From: Sedimentisphaerales bacterium
GTDB taxonomy: Bacteria > Planctomycetota > Phycisphaerae > Sedimentisphaerales > Anaerobacaceae
Direction of reading: 5' to 3'
DNA: 64,000 bases
Assembly (NCBI GenBank): GCA_963708075.1
Contig: OY970194.1
Location: forward strand, 1,792,001 to 1,856,000
Shown here: in pieces, positions 1 through 8,104 of the stretch
How the letters are laid out: every line of letters starts with the position of its first letter
Position numbering within the stretch: the stretch's first letter is position 1
Notes under the pieces: model-generated
What the model saw: only the letters and a program-made list of their open reading frames with translations
What the model was told of the DNA's origin: nothing
Database searches by the model: none
Translations under genes and position numbers: made by a program

Positions 1-664
1 CAGGCAGGGCCGGCTCGTGGCGGGGCTCGATATCGTCGAGGACCCGCTCAAGGATTTGGAGCAGGCGGCCAAAGAGGCCGGCTTTGAGGTCGTGACACGG
101 TGCGTCGATATCACAAAGACCGATAAACTCACCGAGGTGCTCGATTCCCTGGCAGAAAAGTATGGCGGCATCGGAATCCTCGTCAACAACGCGGGGATCA
201 CCCGTGACAAGCTGATGATCCAGATGGATGACGAGGACTTCGACAAGGTTATCAACGTGAACCTGCGTGCCGCGTTTGCAGCAACGCGGGTGGTTGCCCG
301 GTCGATGATCCGCAATAAGTTCGGCAGAATTGTCAGTATCAGCTCGGTGGCAGGCGTGATGGGACAGGCCGGCTCCGCCAACTACGCCGCCAGCAAGGCC
401 GGGCTGATCGGCATGACCAAATCCATCGCCCGCGAGATCGGCAAGAAAGGCGTCACGGCCAACTGCATCGCCCCCGGCTTTATCCAGACGGATATGACCG
501 CCAAGCTGCCTGACATGGTCAAAAACGCCGCTATGGAGGTCATCCCGGTCAAGCGATTTGGCACGGTCGAGGATGTCGCCCGGGCCGTCGCGTTCCTGGC
601 CAGCGACGAGGCCGGCTATATCACCGGGCAGGTCCTTTGTGTCGATGGCGGCATGGCCATGTAA
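1..664 (+). CDS. fabG: 3-oxoacyl-ACP reductase (5' end outside window)
   Basis: SDR motifs LVNNAGITRD, NYAASKAG, YITGQVLCVDGG; frame is open to the window edge; followed by acpP and fabF. Confidence 0.95.
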   Translation, partial: RQGRLVAGLDIVEDPLKDLEQAAKEAGFEVVTRCVDITKTDKLTEVLDSLAEKYGGIGILVNNAGITRDKLMIQMDDEDFDKVINVNLRAAFAATRVVARSMIRNKFGRIVSISSVAGVMGQAGSANYAASKAGLIGMTKSIAREIGKKGVTANCIAPGFIQTDMTAKLPDMVKNAAMEVIPVKRFGTVEDVARAVAFLASDEAGYITGQVLCVDGGMAM

Positions 665-681
665 AAAAATTCAGAAAATGG

Positions 682-711
682 TTGTCGAAGCCGGCCCGGA
701 GCCGGTATCAT
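682..711 (+). promoter_or_regulatory. putative sigma70 promoter for acpP
   Basis: TTGTCG-N18-TATCAT in the fabG-acpP intergenic region. Confidence 0.35.
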
Positions 712-809
712 ACCGCCCGATATCTGGAGGGTGGTTTTGAACACATAGATGAGGCAATTACAGCCAAGACCTTACAAGAGAATTCCGATTCTGTTAAGGA
801 GGATACCAA

Positions 810-1088
810 GTGAGTATCGACGAAGTCGATGTCCAAGCGATTGAGAATAAGGTGATCGAGATCATCAGCGAGCAGATGGGCGTTGATAAATCCGAGATCA
901 CCCGCGATACGTCCTTTATCAACGATCTGAATGCCGACTCCCTGGACACCGTGGAGCTCGTCATGGAATTCGAGGACGAGTTCGATATGAGCATTCCCGA
1001 TGAGGAGGCCGAGAAGATTCAAACCGTCGGCGCCGCCATCGAGTACATCGTGACCATCGCACAGACCAAGAAGAAGGAAAGCACGTAG
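810..1088 (+). CDS. acpP: acyl carrier protein
   Basis: [20 protein letters not shown] phosphopantetheine motif; AAGGAGG RBS upstream. Confidence 0.97.
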   Translation: MSIDEVDVQAIENKVIEIISEQMGVDKSEITRDTSFINDLNADSLDTVELVMEFEDEFDMSIPDEEAEKIQTVGAAIEYIVTIAQTKKKEST

Positions 1089-1093
1089 CCCCA

Positions 1094-2338
1094 ATGGACA
1101 GACGCCGAGTGGTTATAACGGGCTTGGGCTGCATTACCTCGCTGTCCGAATCTGCTGATGGTCTGTTTACTGCGCTGTGCGAAGGCACGAGCGGGGTCAC
1201 GACGATCGAGTCTTTTGACGCCAGCGCATTCACCGTCCATTTCGGAGGCGAGATCAAGCACTTCGATGTGACCAAGTACATCGACAGGCGCGAAGCCAAG
1301 CGCATGGATCGCTTCAGTGAGTTTGCGGTTGCGGCGGCGATCCAGGCGGTTCAGGACAGCGGCCTGGATTTGGCCAAAGAGGACCCCTACCGCATCGGCG
1401 CGATTGTCGGAACGGGCATCGGCGGGATCAAGGAGATCGAGGAGCAGCATATCCGGCTGCTCGAGAAGGGGCCGAGCAAGGTCTCCCCCTTCTGTGTGCC
1501 GCGACTCATGTCAAACGCCGCCAGCGGCAACATCGCCATCCAATTCGGCCTGCGGGGCCCGAGTTTCTCCGTCTCCAGCGCCTGTGCTTCCGGAAACCAC
1601 ACGATGGGCGAAGCATTCTGGAACGTCGCCAGCGGGCGCAGCGACGTTATCGTCACCGGCGGCTCGGAAGCGGCGCTGACCCCCATCGGCTTGGGCTCGT
1701 TCTGTGCCGCCCGATCCCTGAGCACCCGCAATGACAATCCGGCGGCGGCCTCCCGGCCGTTCGATCGCGACCGCGACGGATTTGTTCTCGCCGAGGGCGC
1801 CGGCATCCTGATCCTCGAAGAATACGAGCGAGCCAAGAAGCGAGGGGCTCGAATCTATGGCGAGTTGCTGGGATATGCCGCGACCGACGACGGCTATCAC
1901 ATCACGGCCCCCCTGCCCAATGGCGAGGGGGCGGCGATGGCTATGAAGCTGGCCGTGGCCGACGCGAAGATCAACCCCGAGGACGTCGACTACATCAATG
2001 CCCACGGGACCAGCACCGAGCTGAATGACATCGCCGAAAGCATGGCCATCAGGACAGTCTTTGGGGAGCACGCCTACAAGATCCCCATCAGCTCGACCAA
2101 GAGCTGCCTGGGGCACATGCTTGGCGCCACGGCCGCGGTGGAGTTGATTGCAGCCCTCAAGACCATCAACAAGGGCATTATTCCCCCTACCATCAATCTC
2201 GACAACCCGGACGAACGGTGCGACCCCAAGATGGACTACGTGCCCTGGACGGCCCGGGAGGCAAAGGTGGATATCGCCCTGAGCAACTCTTTCGGCTTCG
2301 GCGGCCACAACGCCTGTATCGTGGTCGGCAAAGTCTGA
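1094..2338 (+). CDS. fabF: beta-ketoacyl-ACP synthase II
   Basis: RRVVITGLG, SSACASG catalytic Cys, NAHGTST, KSCLGH, SNSFGFGGHN. Confidence 0.96.
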   Translation: MDRRRVVITGLGCITSLSESADGLFTALCEGTSGVTTIESFDASAFTVHFGGEIKHFDVTKYIDRREAKRMDRFSEFAVAAAIQAVQDSGLDLAKEDPYRIGAIVGTGIGGIKEIEEQHIRLLEKGPSKVSPFCVPRLMSNAASGNIAIQFGLRGPSFSVSSACASGNHTMGEAFWNVASGRSDVIVTGGSEAALTPIGLGSFCAARSLSTRNDNPAAASRPFDRDRDGFVLAEGAGILILEEYERAKKRGARIYGELLGYAATDDGYHITAPLPNGEGAAMAMKLAVADAKINPEDVDYINAHGTSTELNDIAESMAIRTVFGEHAYKIPISSTKSCLGHMLGATAAVELIAALKTINKGIIPPTINLDNPDERCDPKMDYVPWTAREAKVDIALSNSFGFGGHNACIVVGKV

Positions 2339-2536
2339 AACGCAACCCGTGATCTCCCCAGTCAAGCCTCCTTGACGTGACGGTGGTCTGCCGCAAGATC
2401 GCCTCATGCCCCATAAACCTTATTGCAGGCCGACATCTCCACCCCATACCATCGAGTTCAGTGCATGACAGGACTTGCGGGGTATAGTCCTTCCCATACA
2501 ATATATCCATAGCCGCGATGAAAAGGGGGATACGGG

Positions 2537-3502
2537 ATGCTGTGGGTACTGCTACTGCTGGCCGGCGGGCTGGTGCTGTTGTGGAAAGGCGCCGATCTCC
2601 TGTCCGAAGGGGCTGTCGGGCTGGCGGAACGGATGGGGGTCAGCCAGCTTATCATCGGATTGACCATTGTGGCGATGGGCACTTCAGCGCCGGAATTAGC
2701 AGCGGGGATCATTGCCGCTCGGGACGGTCGGGGCGATATCGTCGTTGGGAACGTCTTTGGCGCCAACATTGCCGATCTTGCCATGATTGCAGGTTTGGGC
2801 GCGATGGTTGGGCACCTGCGGATCCAGGCCACGACGTTGAAACGGGAGATACCCGCGATGCTGGTGGTTGCCCTGCTCCTGCTGCCGGTCCTGCGGAATA
2901 TGGCCATATCGAGGCTCGAAGGGGTATTCCTGGTCGCCGTGTTCGCGACACTGATGATCCTCACGATTCGCACGGCCCGCGGGTCTGCCGCGAGAGAGCT
3001 GGCCAGGGAATGGCAGGTAGTGGCGGAACCCCCTCGGACCGTCGGCAAGGACATTCTGTTCATGGTCCTCGGGTTCGTCGCTCTGGCGATCGGCGCGAAC
3101 ATGGCTGTACACAGCGCGGAGGCAATTGGCACGCGTGCCGGACTGAGCGACGCGGTGATTGGCGCGACCATTCTGGCCATCGGCACAACGCTGCCTGAAC
3201 TCATGACATCCATAGTTGCAGCCGTGAAAGGCCGTCAGGATATTTCCGTGGGCAACCTTGTTGGCTCCGTGATTTTCAACTCACTACTGGTCGTCGGCGT
3301 TGCGGCACTTGCCCGGCCGTTGCTGATCAGCCAGCGACTCGCCGGCGGCACGGACTACTGGTTCATGATGGGCACCTGCGCCGCGTTTACAGTCGTCGCC
3401 CTGCTCGGAAGAGGGACCATTCGGCGTCTCAGTGGAGCCCTTCTCCTGACCCTCTATGGGCTCTACTTGCTCTACCTGTTGAGGTCCACGGGGGCTATCT
3501 GA
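2537..3502 (+). CDS. calcium/sodium antiporter (YrbG/CaCA family)
   Basis: two alpha repeats GTSAPEL...GNVFGAN and GTTLPEL...GNLVGS; about 10 hydrophobic segments. Confidence 0.92.
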   Translation: MLWVLLLLAGGLVLLWKGADLLSEGAVGLAERMGVSQLIIGLTIVAMGTSAPELAAGIIAARDGRGDIVVGNVFGANIADLAMIAGLGAMVGHLRIQATTLKREIPAMLVVALLLLPVLRNMAISRLEGVFLVAVFATLMILTIRTARGSAARELAREWQVVAEPPRTVGKDILFMVLGFVALAIGANMAVHSAEAIGTRAGLSDAVIGATILAIGTTLPELMTSIVAAVKGRQDISVGNLVGSVIFNSLLVVGVAALARPLLISQRLAGGTDYWFMMGTCAAFTVVALLGRGTIRRLSGALLLTLYGLYLLYLLRSTGAI

Positions 3503-3521
3503 TGCTGTCAGGGGGCGAAAG

Positions 3522-5117
3522 TCACGGATTCAGAAACATCGCGTCGGCGAAGATGTCCGTGAAGTCCTTTTCATGGGCAATCTCAATGTACTGGATCTTG
3601 CGGGCGAGGCGGGCGGCCTTTTCCCGGCACTCATCGCAGAGCAGCAGCATCTGAGCTCCCGAGGCAGCAGCGTTACCGACGAAATGGATGCGGTCGAGAG
3701 GCACATTGGGCAGCAGGCCGATACGAACGGCGCTGGACGGCCGGATGTAGTTGCCGAACGCGCCGGCCAACAGGACGCTCCCAATATCCAGGTCCTGCAG
3801 GCCCAGCTTGTTGAGGAGAATTCGGCTGCCGGCCCGGATGGCGGCCTTGGCGAGTTGCACTTCCCGTATGTCCCGCTGCGTCAGAACGATTGCCGGCTGG
3901 GTGGTTTTTCGGTCGAATGCCAGGCAAAATGCAGCCTGACCATTGCTTTCGAGAATGCGGGAGTAGACGTGCCCCGGCAGATGCCCGAGCTGCTCGCGTG
4001 GGACGAAGCGGCCGGTCCCATCCACAATGCCGAGGTCGCACATTACGGCCACTGCGTCAATCAGGCCGCTGCCGCAGATCGAACGAGGGACGGAATTGCC
4101 AATAACGTCTAATGCGATATCATCCTCGTTGGCGACCACGGCCTCGATTGCCCCATTCGCCGCCCTGCTGCCATGCTGAATCCTGGCCCCCTCCAGCGCC
4201 GGCCCGGCGGCACAACTGGCGGCGTATAGCTTTCCTCCCATTCCCAGGACAAGCTCGCCGTTGGTGCCGATATCGATCACAAGGGTCGTTTCCGACGCCG
4301 ATTCGACGTCCACGGCCAGCGCCACTGCCGTCGTATCCGACCCGACAAACCCCGCGATATTCTCGACACAGTGGACGTTGCCCGCAGGGTTCATGTCCAG
4401 GCGGAGTTGGGCAGCCGGCACATCGTGAGCATCGACGGACCAAGCCCGATACGGAGCCCGGCCAAGTTGTTCCACGGGAAATCCCAGGAAGATGTGGCTC
4501 ATGGTCGTGTTGCCCACAACACAGGCCTCATAGAGGTTCGACGCTTCAGTATGGCTTTGGCGGCAGAGGCGTCGAATCAGGTCGTTGATGCAGTCCACGA
4601 TGACCGCCTGCAGTTCGGCCAAATGGTCCTGCGACTGGGCGTAATTGATGCGGCTGACCACGTCGTCGCCGAAACGGGTCTGCGGGTTCAGTGTGGATTG
4701 TGTGGCCAGACAGCGGCCATCGACCATATCGACGAGTTTGGCGACCACTGTGGTGGTCCCGATATCCACGGCAACCCCCAAAATAGGTCCCTGTCCCGCG
4801 ATATTGCGGTACTTGTTGACAGTTGTGGGCTCGATGTTGCCTGCGGTACCGATGCCGTGTTCGAGGATTTTATGCTCATAGAACCGGGACTCAGGCGGGA
4901 CCATCACTCGCAAATCGCTGTTCACGGGGTATTGGCAGGCGAGCACCGTCCGCCCGGAAGGCTGCAATTTCACGGCGCACTTGCGGCAGGTGCCTTTGCC
5001 GCCACAGGGGGTCGTCAAAATGATACCCGCCCTGCTTGCAGCCTCGACTAGCGTGGCGCCCTGATGGATCAGGACCTCCTTGTCATCGGGCTCGAAGACT
5101 ACACGGAAATGGTCCAT
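3522..5117 (-). CDS. ASKHA-ATPase with N-terminal 2Fe-2S domain (RACo/DUF4445-type reductive activator of corrinoid proteins)
   Basis: CGGKGTCRKC...LAC ferredoxin motif; VDIGTTT, DIGTNGE, AAGPALEG, ICGSGLID, LAGAFG. Confidence 0.88.
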   Translation of the reverse strand: MDHFRVVFEPDDKEVLIHQGATLVEAASRAGIILTTPCGGKGTCRKCAVKLQPSGRTVLACQYPVNSDLRVMVPPESRFYEHKILEHGIGTAGNIEPTTVNKYRNIAGQGPILGVAVDIGTTTVVAKLVDMVDGRCLATQSTLNPQTRFGDDVVSRINYAQSQDHLAELQAVIVDCINDLIRRLCRQSHTEASNLYEACVVGNTTMSHIFLGFPVEQLGRAPYRAWSVDAHDVPAAQLRLDMNPAGNVHCVENIAGFVGSDTTAVALAVDVESASETTLVIDIGTNGELVLGMGGKLYAASCAAGPALEGARIQHGSRAANGAIEAVVANEDDIALDVIGNSVPRSICGSGLIDAVAVMCDLGIVDGTGRFVPREQLGHLPGHVYSRILESNGQAAFCLAFDRKTTQPAIVLTQRDIREVQLAKAAIRAGSRILLNKLGLQDLDIGSVLLAGAFGNYIRPSSAVRIGLLPNVPLDRIHFVGNAAASGAQMLLLCDECREKAARLARKIQYIEIAHEKDFTDIFADAMFLNP

Positions 5118-5201
5118 TTACGTTCGCAGGCGTGCACCGCCGCGTCCGACCTGCCAGTGCGGGTGGACGTTCGCAGAGCCCCGAAGTGGGTATGGAATGG
5201 G

Positions 5202-5282
5202 TTAACTGATCTTATGCCGGATCTTCCAGCGGGTACGTCTCTTCTTGCTGCCGATCTTCCTTCTACGCCTTGGTTTAGCCAT
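5202..5282 (-). CDS. small basic protein, 26 aa (MAKPRRRRKIGSKKRRTRWKIRHKIS)
   Basis: read by hand, below the ORF-track cut-off; GGAGGA RBS just upstream of ATG; 14 of 26 residues K/R; TTTACA-N18-TACACT promoter-like element upstream. Confidence 0.7.
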   Translation of the reverse strand: MAKPRRRRKIGSKKRRTRWKIRHKIS

Positions 5283-5503
5283 GCATTCCTCCAAACAAAA
5301 CCTTAAAATATCTCTGTTACGGACCATGGGAAACGGTATAATAGTGTAGCACACGCCGGATGTCCGTGTAAAGGGAGAAAAACCGCAAATGTTTGAGGCA
5401 AGGCGGACCGAAGCAGAAGCGGATCGGCATGGATGCCCGGACGGCGTGGCTGTGGGAGAAACCGGGGCGGTCCTTGTGGATCGCCGCAGAATCGGGGTGG
5501 ACT

Positions 5504-5812
5504 ATGATCCAGTGTGACAAGTGCGAGTTGTGCGAAATCGGTCCGGACGGCCGCAAGATGTTCAAGTGCGATCCGTTCTCGACCGTCAAGGAAGCAGAGT
5601 GCATCGCCAAATGGCAGCTTATCCGGCTCGACATGCTCCTGGGCAGCTACCAGAGCATGCTCAAGTGGTATGGCAAGCTCGGCCCCCTGCAGGACAAGAT
5701 CTTCAAGTATGTCCAGCGCGAAATCGGCGAAATGGAAGAGTCAGAGGGCTGGAAGCTCGACGAGCCGGAAGCGGAGACGGAGGAAGATCAGAATAATGAA
5801 TGGCCGCTGTGA
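5504..5812 (+). CDS. Cys-rich hypothetical protein with acidic tail
   Basis: MIQCDKCELC...KCDPF...EC; coding-like composition from ATG 5504 within ORF 5393..5812. Confidence 0.7.
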   Translation: MIQCDKCELCEIGPDGRKMFKCDPFSTVKEAECIAKWQLIRLDMLLGSYQSMLKWYGKLGPLQDKIFKYVQREIGEMEESEGWKLDEPEAETEEDQNNEWPL

Positions 5813-5980
5813 GAGGGGCCCGCTACAGTTGGGGTACGATTCGTGGAAATGGCCGTTTGAGGCCCGCGGTATTCCCGCGATGGGGGTGAGTGCCGCCGCG
5901 TTATGCCGGCTGCTTCTTTCCCGGATTCCTGCAATAAATTCATTGTGACTACCGTCTTTCGTCTGGTAAAAACACAGCAG

Positions 5981-6520
5981 ATGGACAGCAGCGTCGAGTT
6001 AGCCCGAATCATCGCCGGCTGTAAATCGGGGGACGCTGATTGTTTTGCGCAGATCGTGGATTTGTACGCCGGCCGTTGCTACGGATACTTTTACAGACTG
6101 ACGGGTGACCGGGACCTCAGCGACGAGTTGCTCAGCGAACTTTTCATCCGCCTGGTCCGGAAGATCGGGTCATATAAGGGTGGGGCGTTCGAGAGCTGGT
6201 TGTTCCGCATCGCCCTGAACATTTTTCATGACCACCTGCGTGGCAAGCAACGGCGAAAGAAGTTGCTGGACGCTCGGCGGACCGAGTTGGAGATCGAGCC
6301 GAACGAGGCTCCCAGGTCGGACGCCAGCGATGAACAGTTGGATAAGCTTCAGGTTCAACTCAACCGGCTGGACGCCGACACCCGGGAGTTGATCATGTTG
6401 CGGTACTATTCGCAATTGAGCTTCAAGAAGATCGCCGAGATGCGCCGCGAGCCGATCGGGACGGCGCTGTCCAAACTGCACCGAGGATTGAAGAAATTGC
6501 GGGAACTCATGGAGGGGTAG
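5981..6520 (+). CDS. ECF RNA polymerase sigma factor
   Basis: region 2 (FESWLFRIALN) and region 4 (LSFKKIAEM...GTALSKLHRG); start chosen at ATG 5981. Confidence 0.92.
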   Translation: MDSSVELARIIAGCKSGDADCFAQIVDLYAGRCYGYFYRLTGDRDLSDELLSELFIRLVRKIGSYKGGAFESWLFRIALNIFHDHLRGKQRRKKLLDARRTELEIEPNEAPRSDASDEQLDKLQVQLNRLDADTRELIMLRYYSQLSFKKIAEMRREPIGTALSKLHRGLKKLRELMEG

Positions 6521-6532
6521 TTGGTGGATTCA

Positions 6533-7039
6533 ATGGAAGACCAGACACGCGAAAACCTGAACGATTTGCTGCGGCAATTCCTTGATCCGGCCCAGGCGAA
6601 GGCCGATACAGAGGACATCCGGGCCGGCGAGCGGCTCCTGGATGCCTGCCCTGCCCCGACACCAGACCCTGAGACTCTCGCACGCATCAAAAGTGAGATC
6701 GTCACGGCCCTTGCCAGACGGCACAGGATCGCTATAGTCGTGCGCCGGTCTCTTGCGGTGGCGGCCGTGATCGCCTTTGCACTGATTGGATTGCTTCACC
6801 GCAGCCCGACCGCTGACAACAGTATGTTCCAGGCTTCCATCCTGCCCGCCGCCATCTGGGACAGCATCGATGTGGCCGCGGACGATCTGGACCTTGCCCG
6901 TTTCACCGCCGAGGTCCGCCAGATTGAGACGCAATTCCAGGCTTTGGAGGCCGGCGAGGACGAACCCGCCGGCAGCGGCACCGTGGAGGAACTCGAGAGG
7001 GAACTGATACAGATCGAAACCGAGATTAGGAAAGGATAG
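6533..7039 (+). CDS. putative anti-sigma factor (single TM)
   Basis: directly follows the ECF gene; N-terminal helical part, TM SLAVAAVIAFALIGLL, acidic C-terminus. Confidence 0.6.
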   Translation: MEDQTRENLNDLLRQFLDPAQAKADTEDIRAGERLLDACPAPTPDPETLARIKSEIVTALARRHRIAIVVRRSLAVAAVIAFALIGLLHRSPTADNSMFQASILPAAIWDSIDVAADDLDLARFTAEVRQIETQFQALEAGEDEPAGSGTVEELERELIQIETEIRKG

Positions 7040-7041
7040 TA

Positions 7042-7872
7042 GTGATGCAGTCACGTCGGTTGGCCGCATTTTTCGGCGCTGTGGCATTGGTTGGGGGACT
7101 CGTGGGGATCGGCTCGGCGACGAACGAGCCCAGGCAGACACAGGGAGACATCTGGCAGGATGAGCCCGCGGAATCCCGGCAGACCTGGTGGCGCCGGGAC
7201 CTGACCGATGAGACGGCGAACAAGATCCTGGAGGGGCTTCGCAAGCGCGACCCGGCCAAGGCAAAGGAACTGGAGAAGCTCAAGTCCAGGGACCCTGAGC
7301 GGTTCAAAGCCGAGCTGCGCGAAGCCGGCCAGCCGGAACTCGACCAGATGACCCGCGACTACTTTGAGACACGCCGGCAGAGGCGAAACGCCGAGTTCGT
7401 CGAGTGGCTCAAGGCCAACTACCCCAAACAGGAGCAGGAGCTGACGGCCCTGAAGGACAAGGACCCGAAGCTCTACGTCACCAACTTCGAACACCTGATG
7501 ACTGAATATGGCGCCATCTTCGAGGCGTCACGATCCAACCCCGAACTTGGAGCTGTTCTCAAAGAGGATCACGAACTCAAGAGGAGAGTTGGTGAGTTGT
7601 GCCGGCGGCTGCGAAGCGAGAAATCCGATGCCAAGAAGCAGGAGCTCGGCGCCGAGTTGGAGGAGGTGGTCGCCCGGCGGTATGACCTGATCGTGCGGCG
7701 CAAGGAGATCGCCTACGAGCAATTCCTCAAACGGCTCGAAGAACTGCAAAAGCAAGTCATAGGGAGCAAAGACGAGATCGCCAAGTACAAGGATCAGAAG
7801 GTCAAGCAGGAAAACGTCCGCCAGCGACTCCAGACCCTCACCGACAACAAAGTCAAGTTCAAGTGGGACTGA
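7042..7872 (+). CDS. exported, highly charged helical/coiled-coil protein
   Basis: signal-peptide-like N-terminus; K/E/R-rich; coupled to the preceding gene. Confidence 0.75.
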   Translation: MMQSRRLAAFFGAVALVGGLVGIGSATNEPRQTQGDIWQDEPAESRQTWWRRDLTDETANKILEGLRKRDPAKAKELEKLKSRDPERFKAELREAGQPELDQMTRDYFETRRQRRNAEFVEWLKANYPKQEQELTALKDKDPKLYVTNFEHLMTEYGAIFEASRSNPELGAVLKEDHELKRRVGELCRRLRSEKSDAKKQELGAELEEVVARRYDLIVRRKEIAYEQFLKRLEELQKQVIGSKDEIAKYKDQKVKQENVRQRLQTLTDNKVKFKWD

Positions 7873-7895
7873 TCACATCAAATTGACCCACTCTC

Positions 7896-7924
7896 TTGCC
7901 AAGATTGCCCTGTGACGTTATTAT
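7896..7924 (+). promoter_or_regulatory. putative sigma70 promoter
   Basis: TTGCCA-N17-TATTAT upstream of the gene at 8105. Confidence 0.45.
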
Positions 7925-8104
7925 GGGGCATGTTGGCTGCGTCAGCCTCGTTGTGGATGCTCTTCACAACGTACGCGCTGCCTGCGAATGGACAGGAGGC
8001 AAGGCTTGGAGTCGAACCGTTTCTGCTTGCTTGTTCAAGTAAAGCAACTCTCAGCACCGGAGCTACCCGGAATCTCATCGAGTTCTTCTGTTGGAGGTAC
8101 AGCG

